A stretch of DNA of 64,000 nt from an uncultured Planctomycetaceae bacterium (GCA_963815195.1 CAWFGE010000023.1:384001-448000), one strand, 5' to 3'. Numbered from the stretch's first letter, positions 1-12,227 are shown. The notes: a model not told the origin generated them from the sequence alone. A program made the numbers and translations.

Positions 1-88
1 CATCATGGAACCGTGTGGTCATTGGTGATCGAACTGCTGTTGGAGAATACCCTCAATGGGCGTGCGCATTTCTGCGCGTTTCTGGTGC

Positions 89-250
89 AAATCCGAAGCG
101 CGAAGTCCGAAACGACTGAAATATCCCAAATTCGAATGTCCCAAACAAATCGGCCCATTCAAAAAATAGGTCCGACGCCCCGGGGTTTGGATATTGAAAT
201 TTCGGTCATTGGAATTTGTTTCGGATTTCGAGATTCGGATTTCGGATTTT
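89..250. repeat. Imperfect inverted repeat built from ~7-nt TTCGGAT/ATCCGAA units
   Basis: aaatccgaagcgcgaagtccgaaac (~89-113) is the inverted counterpart of gtttcggatttcgagattcggatttcggattt (~218-249). Confidence 0.6.
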
Positions 251-286
251 TCCGGCGGGGGATCGTGAAGAATTGCGGAGGGCAAT

Positions 287-2440
287 TCAGCTCTGGCCGG
301 GGAGCCAGATTTTCTTTTCGCCGGCTTCCGCGGATTCCTGGCCCGGAGTCCAAATGCCGCCGGTCGAGACCGTGCCCGGTTCCTCCGATGCAATCTCCGC
401 GAGATTGGCCGGGGGCTCGATGCCGTAGGTGATCAGGATGGCGGCGACATAACTCACGACTTGGGGCAGCTTTTTGGCGTATTTGCGGACGAGCTTGTGG
501 ACCAAAGGCATCAGGTTGGGATCGCCGGGGTCCTCGGCGCGGAAGGACAACTCCCGGATTTCCCAGCGGAGGGTTTTCTCGAAGGCGTCTTCCCGGGTCT
601 GGGCGTGTTGTTGGCCTTCGTGGATCCAGCGATAGGTCTTGTCGCGGTCGTTTCGGTCCCGCGCCAGTTCCGACAGCGTACTGTAACTCCGGTCGCGGTC
701 CACGTTGTCCGCACAACTCGGCCGGGAGAGCGCTTCGGTCAGCACATCATGCAAAAACCGGGCGTGGTGGATCAAGAGCACGCGGTTCAACACATAAATC
801 AACTGATCGTCCGAAAGCTCGGGGATTTTCAGCCGATGGAGCTGCATCGCGGAAAACGATTGCAGCGGCAGGCCGGGCTGGGGCTCGATGGGCGTGGGCG
901 GGGCGACGCCGAAGTTGTCACACACGGCCGCGATGTCGATCAAATGCCGATTGCGATCGCAGAACGCGTCGAGGACATAGATCGCCGCCCGCAACGGAAT
1001 CTCCAAACTGGGATCGCCCTTGGCTTCGGTGGGCGTTTTTCCGCCCAAGCCGGCGAGCGGCGTGTTGGGCCAGATGTCGCGGACGTTTTGTTCCCAGCGA
1101 TTCTGCTCCAATTGGGACTGGCGAACCACGGGCATCGCCGTCGGAAAGTGCCACTCGAACAGCATGGGAGCCTGTTCCTTGGGCACGGCGAACTGGAAAT
1201 TGTCTTCTTCGGCTTCCGAAGATTCGATGACTTCCGCGGCGCAGCCGTCAAACAAATCGCGAGCCGCGTTGATGTCCGCGCCTTCCAACCCGCTCAGAAC
1301 AACGAGGGGGCCGCTCGCGGTCTCCGGATCAATTCCCACCTGGGCGATCGAACATGGGACGGCGTCCATCTCCGGCCAGAGGTCCGGATCTTCCGCCAAC
1401 GGGGGGCGATCCAGCACCGTGAAGGTGACGGATTTGTCTTCGTCCGATTGTTTCCGCATGGGCAAGCGGACGAATCGTTCGTGTTCGTCCAGAAGCGTCA
1501 GCAACCGGGCCGCGGAACGCACGCGGTATTGGATCGATCGCAGCGGAAGCAAAGCGTCCGGCTGGTTCAAATCCAAAAGCTGAGCCAGCGTTTCGCACTC
1601 GACGGCGGTTTCGGCGTCGTGGTGAAGTTTCGCCGCCCGATGCAAAGCCTCGGCGGCGGCCGCTTCGTTGCCGTCCCAAGCCGCGCAAAACCCCGCGTTC
1701 TGCCAAAGCCCGGCCGATTCGGGATCGCGTTCGGCAAGTCGGCGGTATGTCTCGGCGGCGGGTTCAAAACAGCCGAGGGCCACCAGCGATTCCGCCCGAT
1801 GGACCAACCGCGGAAGTTCTTCCGCCAACTCGGGGGCAGCCGACTCGGGGGCCTTTGCAGGGGACAGCGGATGCACGCTCCGCAGCGGATAGGGCACATC
1901 CCCGTTGCTGTCGAATTCCAACAGCCGGAGGAATATGTCCTGCTTGTCTTCGTCGGGAACCAGCCGCAGGGCTTGAGCCAGATACTGCCGGCAGCCCATG
2001 AGTTTCAAGCGGCCGAACATCCACGCCGCGATCCCCATCGCCAGCGAGCCGACCACGTCGGGAAAGGACGCCGAGCATTTCTGAAACGCCCGATAAATCG
2101 CGGGCTTGGCTTTCTCATACCCGGCCGTGGCGAACGCGGCGGTCGCATACAGCGCGATCGCAAAGGAATGGTCCGGCGACTTCTCCAACAGCGGAACCAA
2201 GGCTTCCCGCGCCTCCGCATATTGGCCTTCGTTCATGAGGATGCTGGCCTTGGTGACGTAACCCCAAGACAGTTCAGGCTTTGTCGTCACGAGCCGGTCG
2301 AGAACTTGCAGCGAGGATTGCGTTTGCCGGTTGTCTTGATATTTGCTGACCTTGTCGATTTCTTCCGCAGCCGCCGCGCAACAAAACTTGAACTTCTTGC
2401 CGCTCCCGCAAGGGCATGGATCGTAGGCATCAATTGGCAT
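287..2440 (-). CDS. SEC-C motif and TPR-repeat protein
   Basis: 717-aa ORF; N-terminal YDPCPCGSGKKFKFCC SEC-C zinc motif, then TPR-like helical repeats. Confidence 0.85.
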   Translation of the reverse strand: MPIDAYDPCPCGSGKKFKFCCAAAAEEIDKVSKYQDNRQTQSSLQVLDRLVTTKPELSWGYVTKASILMNEGQYAEAREALVPLLEKSPDHSFAIALYATAAFATAGYEKAKPAIYRAFQKCSASFPDVVGSLAMGIAAWMFGRLKLMGCRQYLAQALRLVPDEDKQDIFLRLLEFDSNGDVPYPLRSVHPLSPAKAPESAAPELAEELPRLVHRAESLVALGCFEPAAETYRRLAERDPESAGLWQNAGFCAAWDGNEAAAAEALHRAAKLHHDAETAVECETLAQLLDLNQPDALLPLRSIQYRVRSAARLLTLLDEHERFVRLPMRKQSDEDKSVTFTVLDRPPLAEDPDLWPEMDAVPCSIAQVGIDPETASGPLVVLSGLEGADINAARDLFDGCAAEVIESSEAEEDNFQFAVPKEQAPMLFEWHFPTAMPVVRQSQLEQNRWEQNVRDIWPNTPLAGLGGKTPTEAKGDPSLEIPLRAAIYVLDAFCDRNRHLIDIAAVCDNFGVAPPTPIEPQPGLPLQSFSAMQLHRLKIPELSDDQLIYVLNRVLLIHHARFLHDVLTEALSRPSCADNVDRDRSYSTLSELARDRNDRDKTYRWIHEGQQHAQTREDAFEKTLRWEIRELSFRAEDPGDPNLMPLVHKLVRKYAKKLPQVVSYVAAILITYGIEPPANLAEIASEEPGTVSTGGIWTPGQESAEAGEKKIWLPGQS

Positions 2441-2743
2441 CGTATCGATCCCTGAGTAGGAACTTTTCCGTAGGTAGGGTGAATCGCTCGACTCCCCGGT
2501 TTTGATTCTTGGCGAGAACCGGCCCCCAGCACCTTCCGGCTAATGATGGAAAACGATTGATTAGCCGCAGGGCGCTCGCCCCGGTTCTTGGGGCGAAGGC
2601 ATTGGAGTTTTTGAGGCATCGAGCGACGGAAAGTTGAATGTTAGCAAAACTTTCCGATTTTCCCAGGCAAGTCCGCCACCAGGAAAACTCGCCCAACAAA
2701 AAAACGAGCGGGGGCCGCCCGCTCGCCGATTTGACGCGTTTGG

Positions 2744-3694
2744 TTATTTCTTCGCCTGCTGCGTTTCCCACCGGCGGTCGATCTGGATCAACAGATCGCG
2801 AACCTTCCGGTGCACGCTCTCTGGTGCAGACACGACCAGCATATCGCCCAGAACCTGAATGGAATTCTTCGGTTCATGAGTTTTGGCGAGCGGCTTTCCG
2901 CCGCCACCCGGATTTCCGCCATGCTGCACCGTGCTCAGCACGGCCCCTTGGAAATGAAACACGGAGGAATCCGTTTGAGCTTTCGGACCTGTCGCCGGGT
3001 TCTGGTTATTCTGCACAACGATTTCCTTCGCCGGGCCGGTCATGGCTTGCCTCGGCGTGGAATTCCTCCGCCACGTGTTCGGCTCGACAATGTGTTGAAT
3101 CGTCTGGCTGAGCGATTCCGGCTCCACGCCCACCTGCCGGAGATAGCCGGTGTTATAGACGCGGGTCTTGCGTTTTTCGTCAGCAGCGATGATCGTCGTG
3201 ATCTTGAGGACTTCATCTTCCACAACATAGGTCAGGCCCAAGGGTTCGAACATGATCTTCAGCGCGCTTTCCAGCTTGATCCCGGAAAGAATTTTGTTGA
3301 TGGGCTGATCAACCGCCACGCCCTCTTCGGTGAGGGCCTGTTCGTCGATGATGATCGTGATATCATAGGCATCGCCGATATGCTCCATCGCATCCTTTAT
3401 TGGGGTCTCGATGAATTCAAGGTCCACGCCCTTGGGATTCCGCAGGGCCTGGTGGATTTTTTCCTCGGTCTTGTCCGGTTCGTACAGATCAAAATCGCCC
3501 TCCGCTCGGCGCGGCGGCGGAGCGGGGATGGAATGTGTTTCCGGATGCGCCGAGGCGGGGGCTTGCAGAGTCGTCCCGGAAGATTCTTTGCCGCCTGGAT
3601 TCTGCCCGCTCGACGGCTGAGACAACAGGGACCAGCAAATCAGACCGCCGCACAGAACAGCCGACGCGCTTAGAAGTCGGAAGCGTTGAAACAT
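2744..3694 (-). CDS. Secreted protein with STN/secretin N-terminal-like domain
   Basis: Signal peptide; LEFIETPIKDAMEHI...LESALKIMFEPLGLTYVVEDEVLKITT; C-terminal LVVSAPESVHRKVRDLL resembles a secretin N domain. Confidence 0.65.
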   Translation of the reverse strand: MFQRFRLLSASAVLCGGLICWSLLSQPSSGQNPGGKESSGTTLQAPASAHPETHSIPAPPPRRAEGDFDLYEPDKTEEKIHQALRNPKGVDLEFIETPIKDAMEHIGDAYDITIIIDEQALTEEGVAVDQPINKILSGIKLESALKIMFEPLGLTYVVEDEVLKITTIIAADEKRKTRVYNTGYLRQVGVEPESLSQTIQHIVEPNTWRRNSTPRQAMTGPAKEIVVQNNQNPATGPKAQTDSSVFHFQGAVLSTVQHGGNPGGGGKPLAKTHEPKNSIQVLGDMLVVSAPESVHRKVRDLLIQIDRRWETQQAKK

Positions 3695-3805
3695 GGGAAA
3701 TCCTCGCGAAGGGAGAAGGAGAAGGGATCTCCCTTTACCTTAACGATCCCGGCCGCAAATGGGAACAAAAACTTTGCGGATCGAGCCGATTTCCGTGGCT
3801 GCGGT

Positions 3806-5491
<1,686 letters not shown>

Positions 5492-5665
5492 AGCGGCCAA
5501 ATTCCATTCGCAACAAGTTTTTCACAACACCCGAACCCCAATCAGTCGGTTCGGATCCCTTTTGAAATCTAACAACCCCAAGCGGAAAATGAAAAGGCCA
5601 ACCTCTATTCAAAGGCTTTTTAACGCAATTGCGCAAAGGGCCGCAAAGAAGATTACTTTCAGAAA

Positions 5666-5729
5666 TGAGCGGCATGGCGCTAGCCGCCGGTTCCGCACGC
5701 AATACCGGCGGCTAGCGCCGTGCCGCTCA
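5666..5729. repeat. REP-like inverted pair (family A)
   Basis: tgagcggcatggcgctagccgccggt / accggcggctagcgccgtgccgctca; second copy at 53434-53501. Confidence 0.8.
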
Positions 5730-5883
5730 AAAGTTTAACCTTGGCGCCTTTGCGTTAAATGCCTTTGTCAGCCAACGAGACCCACACACATCAATTATAC
5801 GCTTGCGGCGGGTTGCGCAGGGCCGCACAATGGGGGGTTGACCATCTGTTCTGTTTCGGGGCCTGGGACGGGGCGTTTTGAGC

Positions 5884-7419
5884 ATGCTTGCCAAGTTGTT
5901 GACGTATTCGCTGTTCGGGATTGATGCCAAGCCCGTCGATGTCGAAGTGGATATTTCCCCCGCCGCGATGCCCAAAACGATTCTGGTGGGTCTCGCCGAA
6001 GCCGCGGTGCGGGAAAGCACGTTCCGCATCGAACGGGCTTTGGTCAACAGCGGCTACACCCGCCCGATCGACCGCATCGTCATCAATCTCTCGCCCGCCG
6101 ATCTTCCCAAGGACGCCGCGTCTTTCGATTTGCCGATCGCACTCGGGATCCTCACGGCCAGTGCGCAGCTCGAATCCGAGAAATTCCGCGACTACTCCGT
6201 CGTGGGCGAGTTGGCCTTGGACGGTTCGGTCCGGCCGATCAAAGGGGCCCTGTCGATGGCGGTCTCGGCGAAGGAGCAGGGCCGGCGGGGATTGTTGGTT
6301 CCCGTCGCCAATGCCGCCGAAGCCGCGGTCGTCGAGGACATCGAAATCATCGCCATCGACTCGCTCGCCGAGGCCGTGGGATTTTTCTCCGATCAACTGC
6401 CGATCCCGCCGACCGAGTTCTCCTGGAACGCGGCCGTCGAACAGTTCGGCCGGTATTCCATCGACTATGCCGACGTCAAAGGCCAGGAAATGGCCAAACG
6501 CGCGGTGACCGTCGCCGCCAGCGGCGGCCATCACCTGCTGATGATCGGCAGCCCCGGCACCGGAAAAACCTTATTAGCCCAACGCCTGGGCACGATCTTG
6601 CCGCAACTCGCCCCGGAAGAAAGCCTGGAGACGACCCGCATCTGGAGTGCGATGGGCCGGTTGAACTCGGGGGAATCCCTCAAACTGCTCCGGCCGTTTC
6701 AGTCGCCGCATCACACGGTGAGCGAGGCGGGCCTCGTCGGCGGAGGCAGCACGCCCACGCCCGGCGAAATTTCGATGGCCCATAACGGGGTGTTGTTCCT
6801 CGACGAGTTGCCCGAGTTCAACCGCCGGACGCTGGAAGTGCTTCGCCAGCCGCTCGAAGAAAACTGCGTCACGATCTCCCGGGCCATCGGCAGCATGACC
6901 TTCCCCGCCAACCTGATGCTCGTCGCGGCGATGAATCCCTGCCCCTGCGGCTTCCGCGGCGATCCGCGCCGGCAGTGCAATTGCAGCCCCATGCAGATTG
7001 AACGCTACCTGGGCCGGATCAGCGGGCCGCTCTTGGACCGGATCGACATTCACATCGAAGTCCCGCCCGTGCCCTTTCGCGAGCTGTCGGACAAAACGCC
7101 CGGCACCACGAGCGCCCAGATGAAAGAGCAAGTCCTCGCCGCCCGCGCGCTTCAGAAAAAACGGTTTCGCGGGGCCCCCACGTTGCTTAACGGCAAAATG
7201 GCCCCCCGCCAAATCCGCAGCCACTGCCAATTGGACGAATCCGCCGAGCAGCTATTAAAAACCGCAATGGAAGACATGGGCCTCTCCGCGAGGGCCCACG
7301 ACAAAATCCTCCGCATCAGCCGCACGATCGCCGACTTGGACCAAAGCGATTCCATCACCGCGGTGCACCTGAGCGAAGCGATCAACTACAGGACGCTGGA
7401 TAGGACATATTGGCATTGA
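5884..7419 (+). CDS. comM: YifB/ComM family Mg-chelatase-like AAA+ ATPase
   Basis: INLSPADLPK, Walker A GSPGTGKT, PGEISMAHNGVLFLDELPEF, AAMNPCPCG, ISGPLLDRID. Confidence 0.95.
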   Translation: MLAKLLTYSLFGIDAKPVDVEVDISPAAMPKTILVGLAEAAVRESTFRIERALVNSGYTRPIDRIVINLSPADLPKDAASFDLPIALGILTASAQLESEKFRDYSVVGELALDGSVRPIKGALSMAVSAKEQGRRGLLVPVANAAEAAVVEDIEIIAIDSLAEAVGFFSDQLPIPPTEFSWNAAVEQFGRYSIDYADVKGQEMAKRAVTVAASGGHHLLMIGSPGTGKTLLAQRLGTILPQLAPEESLETTRIWSAMGRLNSGESLKLLRPFQSPHHTVSEAGLVGGGSTPTPGEISMAHNGVLFLDELPEFNRRTLEVLRQPLEENCVTISRAIGSMTFPANLMLVAAMNPCPCGFRGDPRRQCNCSPMQIERYLGRISGPLLDRIDIHIEVPPVPFRELSDKTPGTTSAQMKEQVLAARALQKKRFRGAPTLLNGKMAPRQIRSHCQLDESAEQLLKTAMEDMGLSARAHDKILRISRTIADLDQSDSITAVHLSEAINYRTLDRTYWH

Positions 7420-7517
7420 AAACCGTAGCCCACCGAAAAACCACTGGAGATCCATCGTTGGTGGGCGATGCCCACCCTACTTACTACAGGACGCTGGATA
7501 GGACATATTGGCATTGA
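7385..7517 (+). repeat. 35-bp direct repeat of the comM 3' end flanking a GTAG-type REP doublet
   Basis: actacaggacgctggataggacatattggcattga at 7385-7419 and 7483-7517; spacer carries gtagcccacc and ggtgggcgatgcccaccctac. Confidence 0.9.
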
Positions 7518-7811
7518 GTTGTGGGGGAACCAAGAATTGCGTTTGGCGGCGCGGACGCCGCGAAATCTGCGACAGGAGGTCATCTTCCACCGACTAACAC
7601 CAACCCGCCTGAATTCCAATTACCGCTGAACCAAGACAGTCGTGGGATCCGCCGGCGAAGCGCTGACCTCGGTTGTCGAGCGCCGCCGACTTCGCTGAAA
7701 ACCGGCACCATAGGAAGCCGGTTGTCCAATCGGGGGGAAAGAGGAGCCGTTATCAAAGAAGAGGATCACAGAAGCATTTCTTATAGCTCTGGTTCCGCCT
7801 CGATGGATGTA

Positions 7812-8194
7812 TTAGGCCTCGGCGACGTGCGCGGCGACTTCTTCGGCGGACAAGGGGTTCCCGTCTTCGTCCCAGATCATCAGGTGCTCTTCGAGAGCGG
7901 AAATGGTGACGGATGTGTCCTGGCCGTCGGCGTCTTCCAACTCGTAGCCGCATTCGCGGAGTTTTTCTTCGTGCTCCGAACCTTTTTCGATCAAACCATC
8001 ATCTTTGATCGCCCGCCACCAATGCAGATGGCTCCAGTCCCGGCGAACGGTTTTCAGACAGGTGACGACCGTGCGGCCGTTCGCCCCGGCGCTGAAACCC
8101 TGCGCCCGGCGATGCTGCTAAATGTCGCGACCTTATCGGCGCGCTTGAGTTCCCAGAGAATTTCCGCCACTTCTTGAGCACGGGAAGATGCCAT
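7812..8194 (-). CDS. Alkyltransferase-like (ATL/MGMT-family) DNA-binding protein, frameshifted near 8100
   Basis: Joining frames gives MASSRAQEVAEILWELKRADKVATFSSIAGR/GFSAGANGRTVVTCLKTVRRDWSHLHWWRAIKDDGLIEKG...; WWRA sits where PCHRV/PWHRV is expected. Confidence 0.6.
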
Positions 8195-8478
8195 GTTCGG
8201 CCTCACAATACGAACCCAGACAAACCCAACCCTTGGGTCCGCTCCAAAATACGATCTTGGCCGCCGACGGGTTGGAAGAAGATCCGGCTGGTTTTTCAGA
8301 CTTCTTACGCACGAAAAATCAGACCATGCCGGATATGAACCACTCTTCTTTAATCTACCAAAAAAGTCGATTTCTCTCAACCCCTTTACCTGAATCCACC
8401 CCTCGCATAAAAGAAGGCGGGGGAGATTGGGAGCATGGGAGATCACGCTCGGCCCCAGGAAAAGGGACAAAAATCAAA

Positions 8479-8922
8479 ATGGACAAACTGTACAACGCCC
8501 ACGGCATCCGCTTTCGCTATCCGGGCGATTGGGAGCTTTCGGAACAGGAGGACGGCGGCGATGTGACGGTCACCGTCGCCAGCCGGGAAACGTCGTTCTG
8601 GACGATTTCGCTGTTGGACGGGCGGCCCGATCCAGAGCGGGTGCTTCGCGAAGCCCTCGACACCTTTCACGGAGAGTACGCCGAACTGGACGAGTATCCC
8701 GCCCAGGCGAAAATCCACGAAACCCCCTGCGAAGCCCGCGACTTGCAGTTCGTCCAATACGAACTGATCAATAGCGCCTTCCTGCGGGTGTGCCCGGCGG
8801 GATCCATGACGGCGCTGGTATTGTATCAAGGCACCGACCACGAACTGGAACACACCCGCCCGATCCTGGAGGCGATTACCCAGAGCCTGGAATGGGGGCC
8901 CTTCGAAAAAACGCTTCCATGA
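8479..8922 (+). CDS. Hypothetical protein (possible PsbP/DcrB-like fold)
   Basis: MDKLYNAHGIRFRYPGDWELSE...; ends ILEAITQSLEW. Confidence 0.7.
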   Translation: MDKLYNAHGIRFRYPGDWELSEQEDGGDVTVTVASRETSFWTISLLDGRPDPERVLREALDTFHGEYAELDEYPAQAKIHETPCEARDLQFVQYELINSAFLRVCPAGSMTALVLYQGTDHELEHTRPILEAITQSLEWGPFEKTLP

Positions 8923-8947
8923 TCAGCGCGGGCCGGCTGATGAGTTC

Positions 8948-11900
8948 TTACAGCAACTCCAACAGCGGTTGGCTAAAAACCTGATCGAGTCCGCTCTCGG
9001 CCGAGGCGTTGTTGGGGAAGCCGGCGTCCGGAATGAACGGCAACGACGCGCTACTGGAAATCTGCGGAACCGTGGAACCGCCCACATGCACGCCGCTGCG
9101 GAAGTGGGGGTTGAAGATCAACGTACTGGAATCCAGCACGCTGCCCGAGGCATCAAACAGGCGGACGAAGGATTGGCTGCCGCGACCGGGTCCCACAAGG
9201 ATTTCCGCAATGCCGTCGCCGTTCACATCGGTCACGCCCACGAAGATGCCGGTGGTCTGGTTGGCATCGAAGGCGAAGAAGTTGGCGACGGTCTGAAGCG
9301 TCAAACCGTCGAACGCTTTCACGTTCGGTCCGCCGCCGGCCCCGGCTCCGGTGATGATTTCCGGGACGCCGTCGCCCGCGACATTGCCGACGGCCACGCT
9401 CACGCCGCCGGTGAAGCCGGCATCGTAGGCGTAGAAGTCGTGAATCATTCCCTGACTTTGGGCGTCAAACACCCGCACGTCCGGTCCGCCTCCCGGTCCC
9501 GCGCCCGTGACGATGTCCGCGTACCAATCCAGATTAAAGTCGCCTGCGGCCACGGTCACGCCGCCGGTAAAGGCGGGATTGAACGCGTAGAAATCGCGGA
9601 CCATCGTTTGGGTTTGGCCGTCAAATACGCGGACGTTTGGCCCGCCGCCCGCTCCGGCTCCCGTGATGATGTCCGGGACGCCGTCGCCCGTGACATCGCC
9701 CGCCGCGACAAACACGCCGCCGGTGAAGTTCGCGCTGTAGGCAAAGTAGCTCGCGATTGTCTGGCCGGTCAGGCCGTCGAAGACTTTGACGTGCGGCCCG
9801 CCGCCCGGTCCCGCCCCGGTGATGACGTCGGGGACGCCGTCGCCGTTGACATCCGCCGCCGCGACCCGCACTCCGCCGCGGAAGTTAAAGTCATACGCAT
9901 AAAAATTGTGCAGCACCTCGCCGGTGGCGGCGTTTTTGACGATGACCTGCGGCGGCATGGATTCCGTGCCCGTCCCGGAACCGGCTCCGAAAACTTCGAT
10001 GGTTTCGTCGTTGAGGATCTCGCCTGTCGCCGAGCCCGTGGTGATGATCGATCCGGCCGCGGGAGTCGTGAGGTTCACGGTGAAGGTTTCGTTCCGTTCC
10101 AGTTCCACATCGCCTTGAACGCTGACGTCGATTGCTTGTTGTGTCTGGCCGTCGGCAAACTGCACGGTTCCCGAAAGCCGCGCGCCGGCGGCGAAATCGT
10201 TCGCATCCGCCGTGATGCCCGCGATGAAATAATCCACCGAGGACGTGCCGAAGGAATGACTGCGGGTCACGAGAAACGTAAAGACCGTCACGCCGGCGTT
10301 GCCTTCCAGCTTGTACGCATCGAATGGGAAAATGTCGAAGGTCGACTGTTGATATTCCACCGCTCCGATGTCGACGCCGCCCGCAGCGTTCGGGATCCCT
10401 GGTATGTCCACGCTGCGCGGAAAGCCGATCCCGCGCTGATCGGTGTCGAGCGGCACATCATCGCTGGTGCCGATCAACCCGTCAGGACCGGGATCGACGG
10501 CGAACGCATTGTTGCCGGCATCGACGGCGCGGCCTGTCAGCACCAATTGATGCGTGTCCGTGGGTCCGCCGTTATTTTGGAGCACCGGATCGAGAATCTG
10601 ATCCAAAGGCAACAATCCGCCGGCTCCATTGCCCACAAGGTTGCCGTTCATGCCTTCGACCAGCCCCCCGGCGGAATTGGGATCGCCGATGAGGTTGTAG
10701 CCGCTCTCGGAATTGACAAATTGCCCGCCTAGGTCGTCGGGTGTTCTGCTCGATCCTTTGACGTTGCCCGCCACGATGGTGTTGTCCAAAGTGGTCGAGG
10801 CTTCGGTCTCCGTCCAAATTCCACCGCCGGCAGTCATGGAATCAAAGCCGACCGAGGTAACGACGAGATCGGTGCCGTCGGCGGTGAGGGTATCGGTGCC
10901 GTCGGCGGCGGTGACAATGTCCTGGTTCGCGCTGGGATTCAACGACCCGTTGCCGCCGTCGAAGATAAGATAATCCCCATCCTCGCCGGACAAGGTCGCA
11001 TTGTTGGAGGCTTCATTCGGGTCGACGAGAGTCAAGCTGTCGTTGCCCAGTCCGCCGGGGTTCGAGTCGTTTCCAGCCCCTGCGGCGAGGAGCTCGTTGT
11101 TCGCCCCGTCGCTAAGGATCAGGTTGTTCCCGTCCCCGCCGAACAGGAAATCATTGGCGTCGCCGGCGCTGATGGTTTCGTAGTTGGCGGCCCAGTTGTC
11201 CACGACGGTGCTATTGACGACCGTCAGGCTACCCTGATTGTTGATCCCCCCGCCGACACCCGAGGCGAAATTGCGGGAGAGGGTGGAGTTGGTGACCGTG
11301 GCTTCTCCGAAGTTGTAAATCCCGCCGCCTTGGAATCCGGCGTTATTGTTGGAAATGGTGGTGTTCTGAATCAGCACGGAACCGGAGGAGTTCGACACGC
11401 CTCCGCCATAGTCCGCCGAGTTGTTGGTGATCGTGCTGTTTGAAATGGAGACGTGGCCGGAGTCGTTGTACACTCCGCCGCCCTCACCCCCGCCTTCGAA
11501 ACCAACCGCACGGCTTGCCTCAATGACCAGATCATCGAGAGTTAAGTCGGCAGACTGGTTATAGATCGCGCCCCCGAAGGCTGCATACCCGTTTGCCAGG
11601 GTCAGCCCGGAAATGGAAACGCCGATCGAACCGCTCACATCGAAGATCCCCGTTTCCCCGATCGCATCGATCGTGAATTGGCTCGAGCCGGGGCCGATGA
11701 TGACCAGGTCGTCGGTAATGGAGAATTCCCCCGAGGCAAGCGTCAGCGTGCTGCCCTGGAGGCTGCTGGAGAAGGTGATCGTGTCGATCTCGTCCGCCGG
11801 TCCCACACCCGGCTGTCCCGCGGCGGCGTCGCCGAATTGCATATTCGTATTCGCCGCGAGGATCGCTTCCCGCAGGCTCACCAGGCCGTCGTCGGTATTG

Positions 11901-12067
11901 GGGACATCGTCCAGCGTGTCGACGACGTAGTTCGTCAACAACAGCCGCTGCTCCAGCGACTGGATTTCGCCGGGAAGGACACGAAACGGACGCCGTGCGC
12001 GGTGCCGGGCGGTCCAGCGAGGCGTTCTGGTTCTCCAGTTTCGCAGCCAATGGATGAGCAACATCAA
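8948..12067 (-). CDS. Large secreted adhesin-like protein (LEPR-xLL leader, CSLREA-like/beta-helix, Calx-beta, FG-GAP/VCBS repeats)
   Basis: LEQRLLL, VSLREAI, GGGIYN repeats, GTVQFADGQTQQAIDVSVQGDVELERNETFTVNL, repeated AAGDVTGDGVPDIITGAGAGGGPNVRVFDG. Confidence 0.85.
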   Translation of the reverse strand: MMLLIHWLRNWRTRTPRWTARHRARRPFRVLPGEIQSLEQRLLLTNYVVDTLDDVPNTDDGLVSLREAILAANTNMQFGDAAAGQPGVGPADEIDTITFSSSLQGSTLTLASGEFSITDDLVIIGPGSSQFTIDAIGETGIFDVSGSIGVSISGLTLANGYAAFGGAIYNQSADLTLDDLVIEASRAVGFEGGGEGGGVYNDSGHVSISNSTITNNSADYGGGVSNSSGSVLIQNTTISNNNAGFQGGGIYNFGEATVTNSTLSRNFASGVGGGINNQGSLTVVNSTVVDNWAANYETISAGDANDFLFGGDGNNLILSDGANNELLAAGAGNDSNPGGLGNDSLTLVDPNEASNNATLSGEDGDYLIFDGGNGSLNPSANQDIVTAADGTDTLTADGTDLVVTSVGFDSMTAGGGIWTETEASTTLDNTIVAGNVKGSSRTPDDLGGQFVNSESGYNLIGDPNSAGGLVEGMNGNLVGNGAGGLLPLDQILDPVLQNNGGPTDTHQLVLTGRAVDAGNNAFAVDPGPDGLIGTSDDVPLDTDQRGIGFPRSVDIPGIPNAAGGVDIGAVEYQQSTFDIFPFDAYKLEGNAGVTVFTFLVTRSHSFGTSSVDYFIAGITADANDFAAGARLSGTVQFADGQTQQAIDVSVQGDVELERNETFTVNLTTPAAGSIITTGSATGEILNDETIEVFGAGSGTGTESMPPQVIVKNAATGEVLHNFYAYDFNFRGGVRVAAADVNGDGVPDVITGAGPGGGPHVKVFDGLTGQTIASYFAYSANFTGGVFVAAGDVTGDGVPDIITGAGAGGGPNVRVFDGQTQTMVRDFYAFNPAFTGGVTVAAGDFNLDWYADIVTGAGPGGGPDVRVFDAQSQGMIHDFYAYDAGFTGGVSVAVGNVAGDGVPEIITGAGAGGGPNVKAFDGLTLQTVANFFAFDANQTTGIFVGVTDVNGDGIAEILVGPGRGSQSFVRLFDASGSVLDSSTLIFNPHFRSGVHVGGSTVPQISSSASLPFIPDAGFPNNASAESGLDQVFSQPLLELL

Positions 12068-12227
12068 AGCGCCTTCGGATAGAATTCAATCAATGGAGCA
12101 GACTATCCGCCCACCATATCCTGCCGAGGAATCCTCAGTCAAGATAGGAAGCCAGGGTAGACCTGGGGATCCGGTAGAATCTTGAAGGGGCTGGTTGCTT
12201 CGAAACGGTCGCGACCGCGTGTTGCCA

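Noticed and set aside
461..2455. Long opposite-strand ORFs (e.g. 461-2455, 8969-10732, 12195-14018, 36702-38012)
   Set aside because: Antisense shadows of well-supported genes, expected in high-GC DNA; no recognisable motifs.
9180..9900. Nucleotide-level ~150-bp repeats
   Set aside because: Explained by FG-GAP/VCBS protein repeats of the adhesin; not a separate element.
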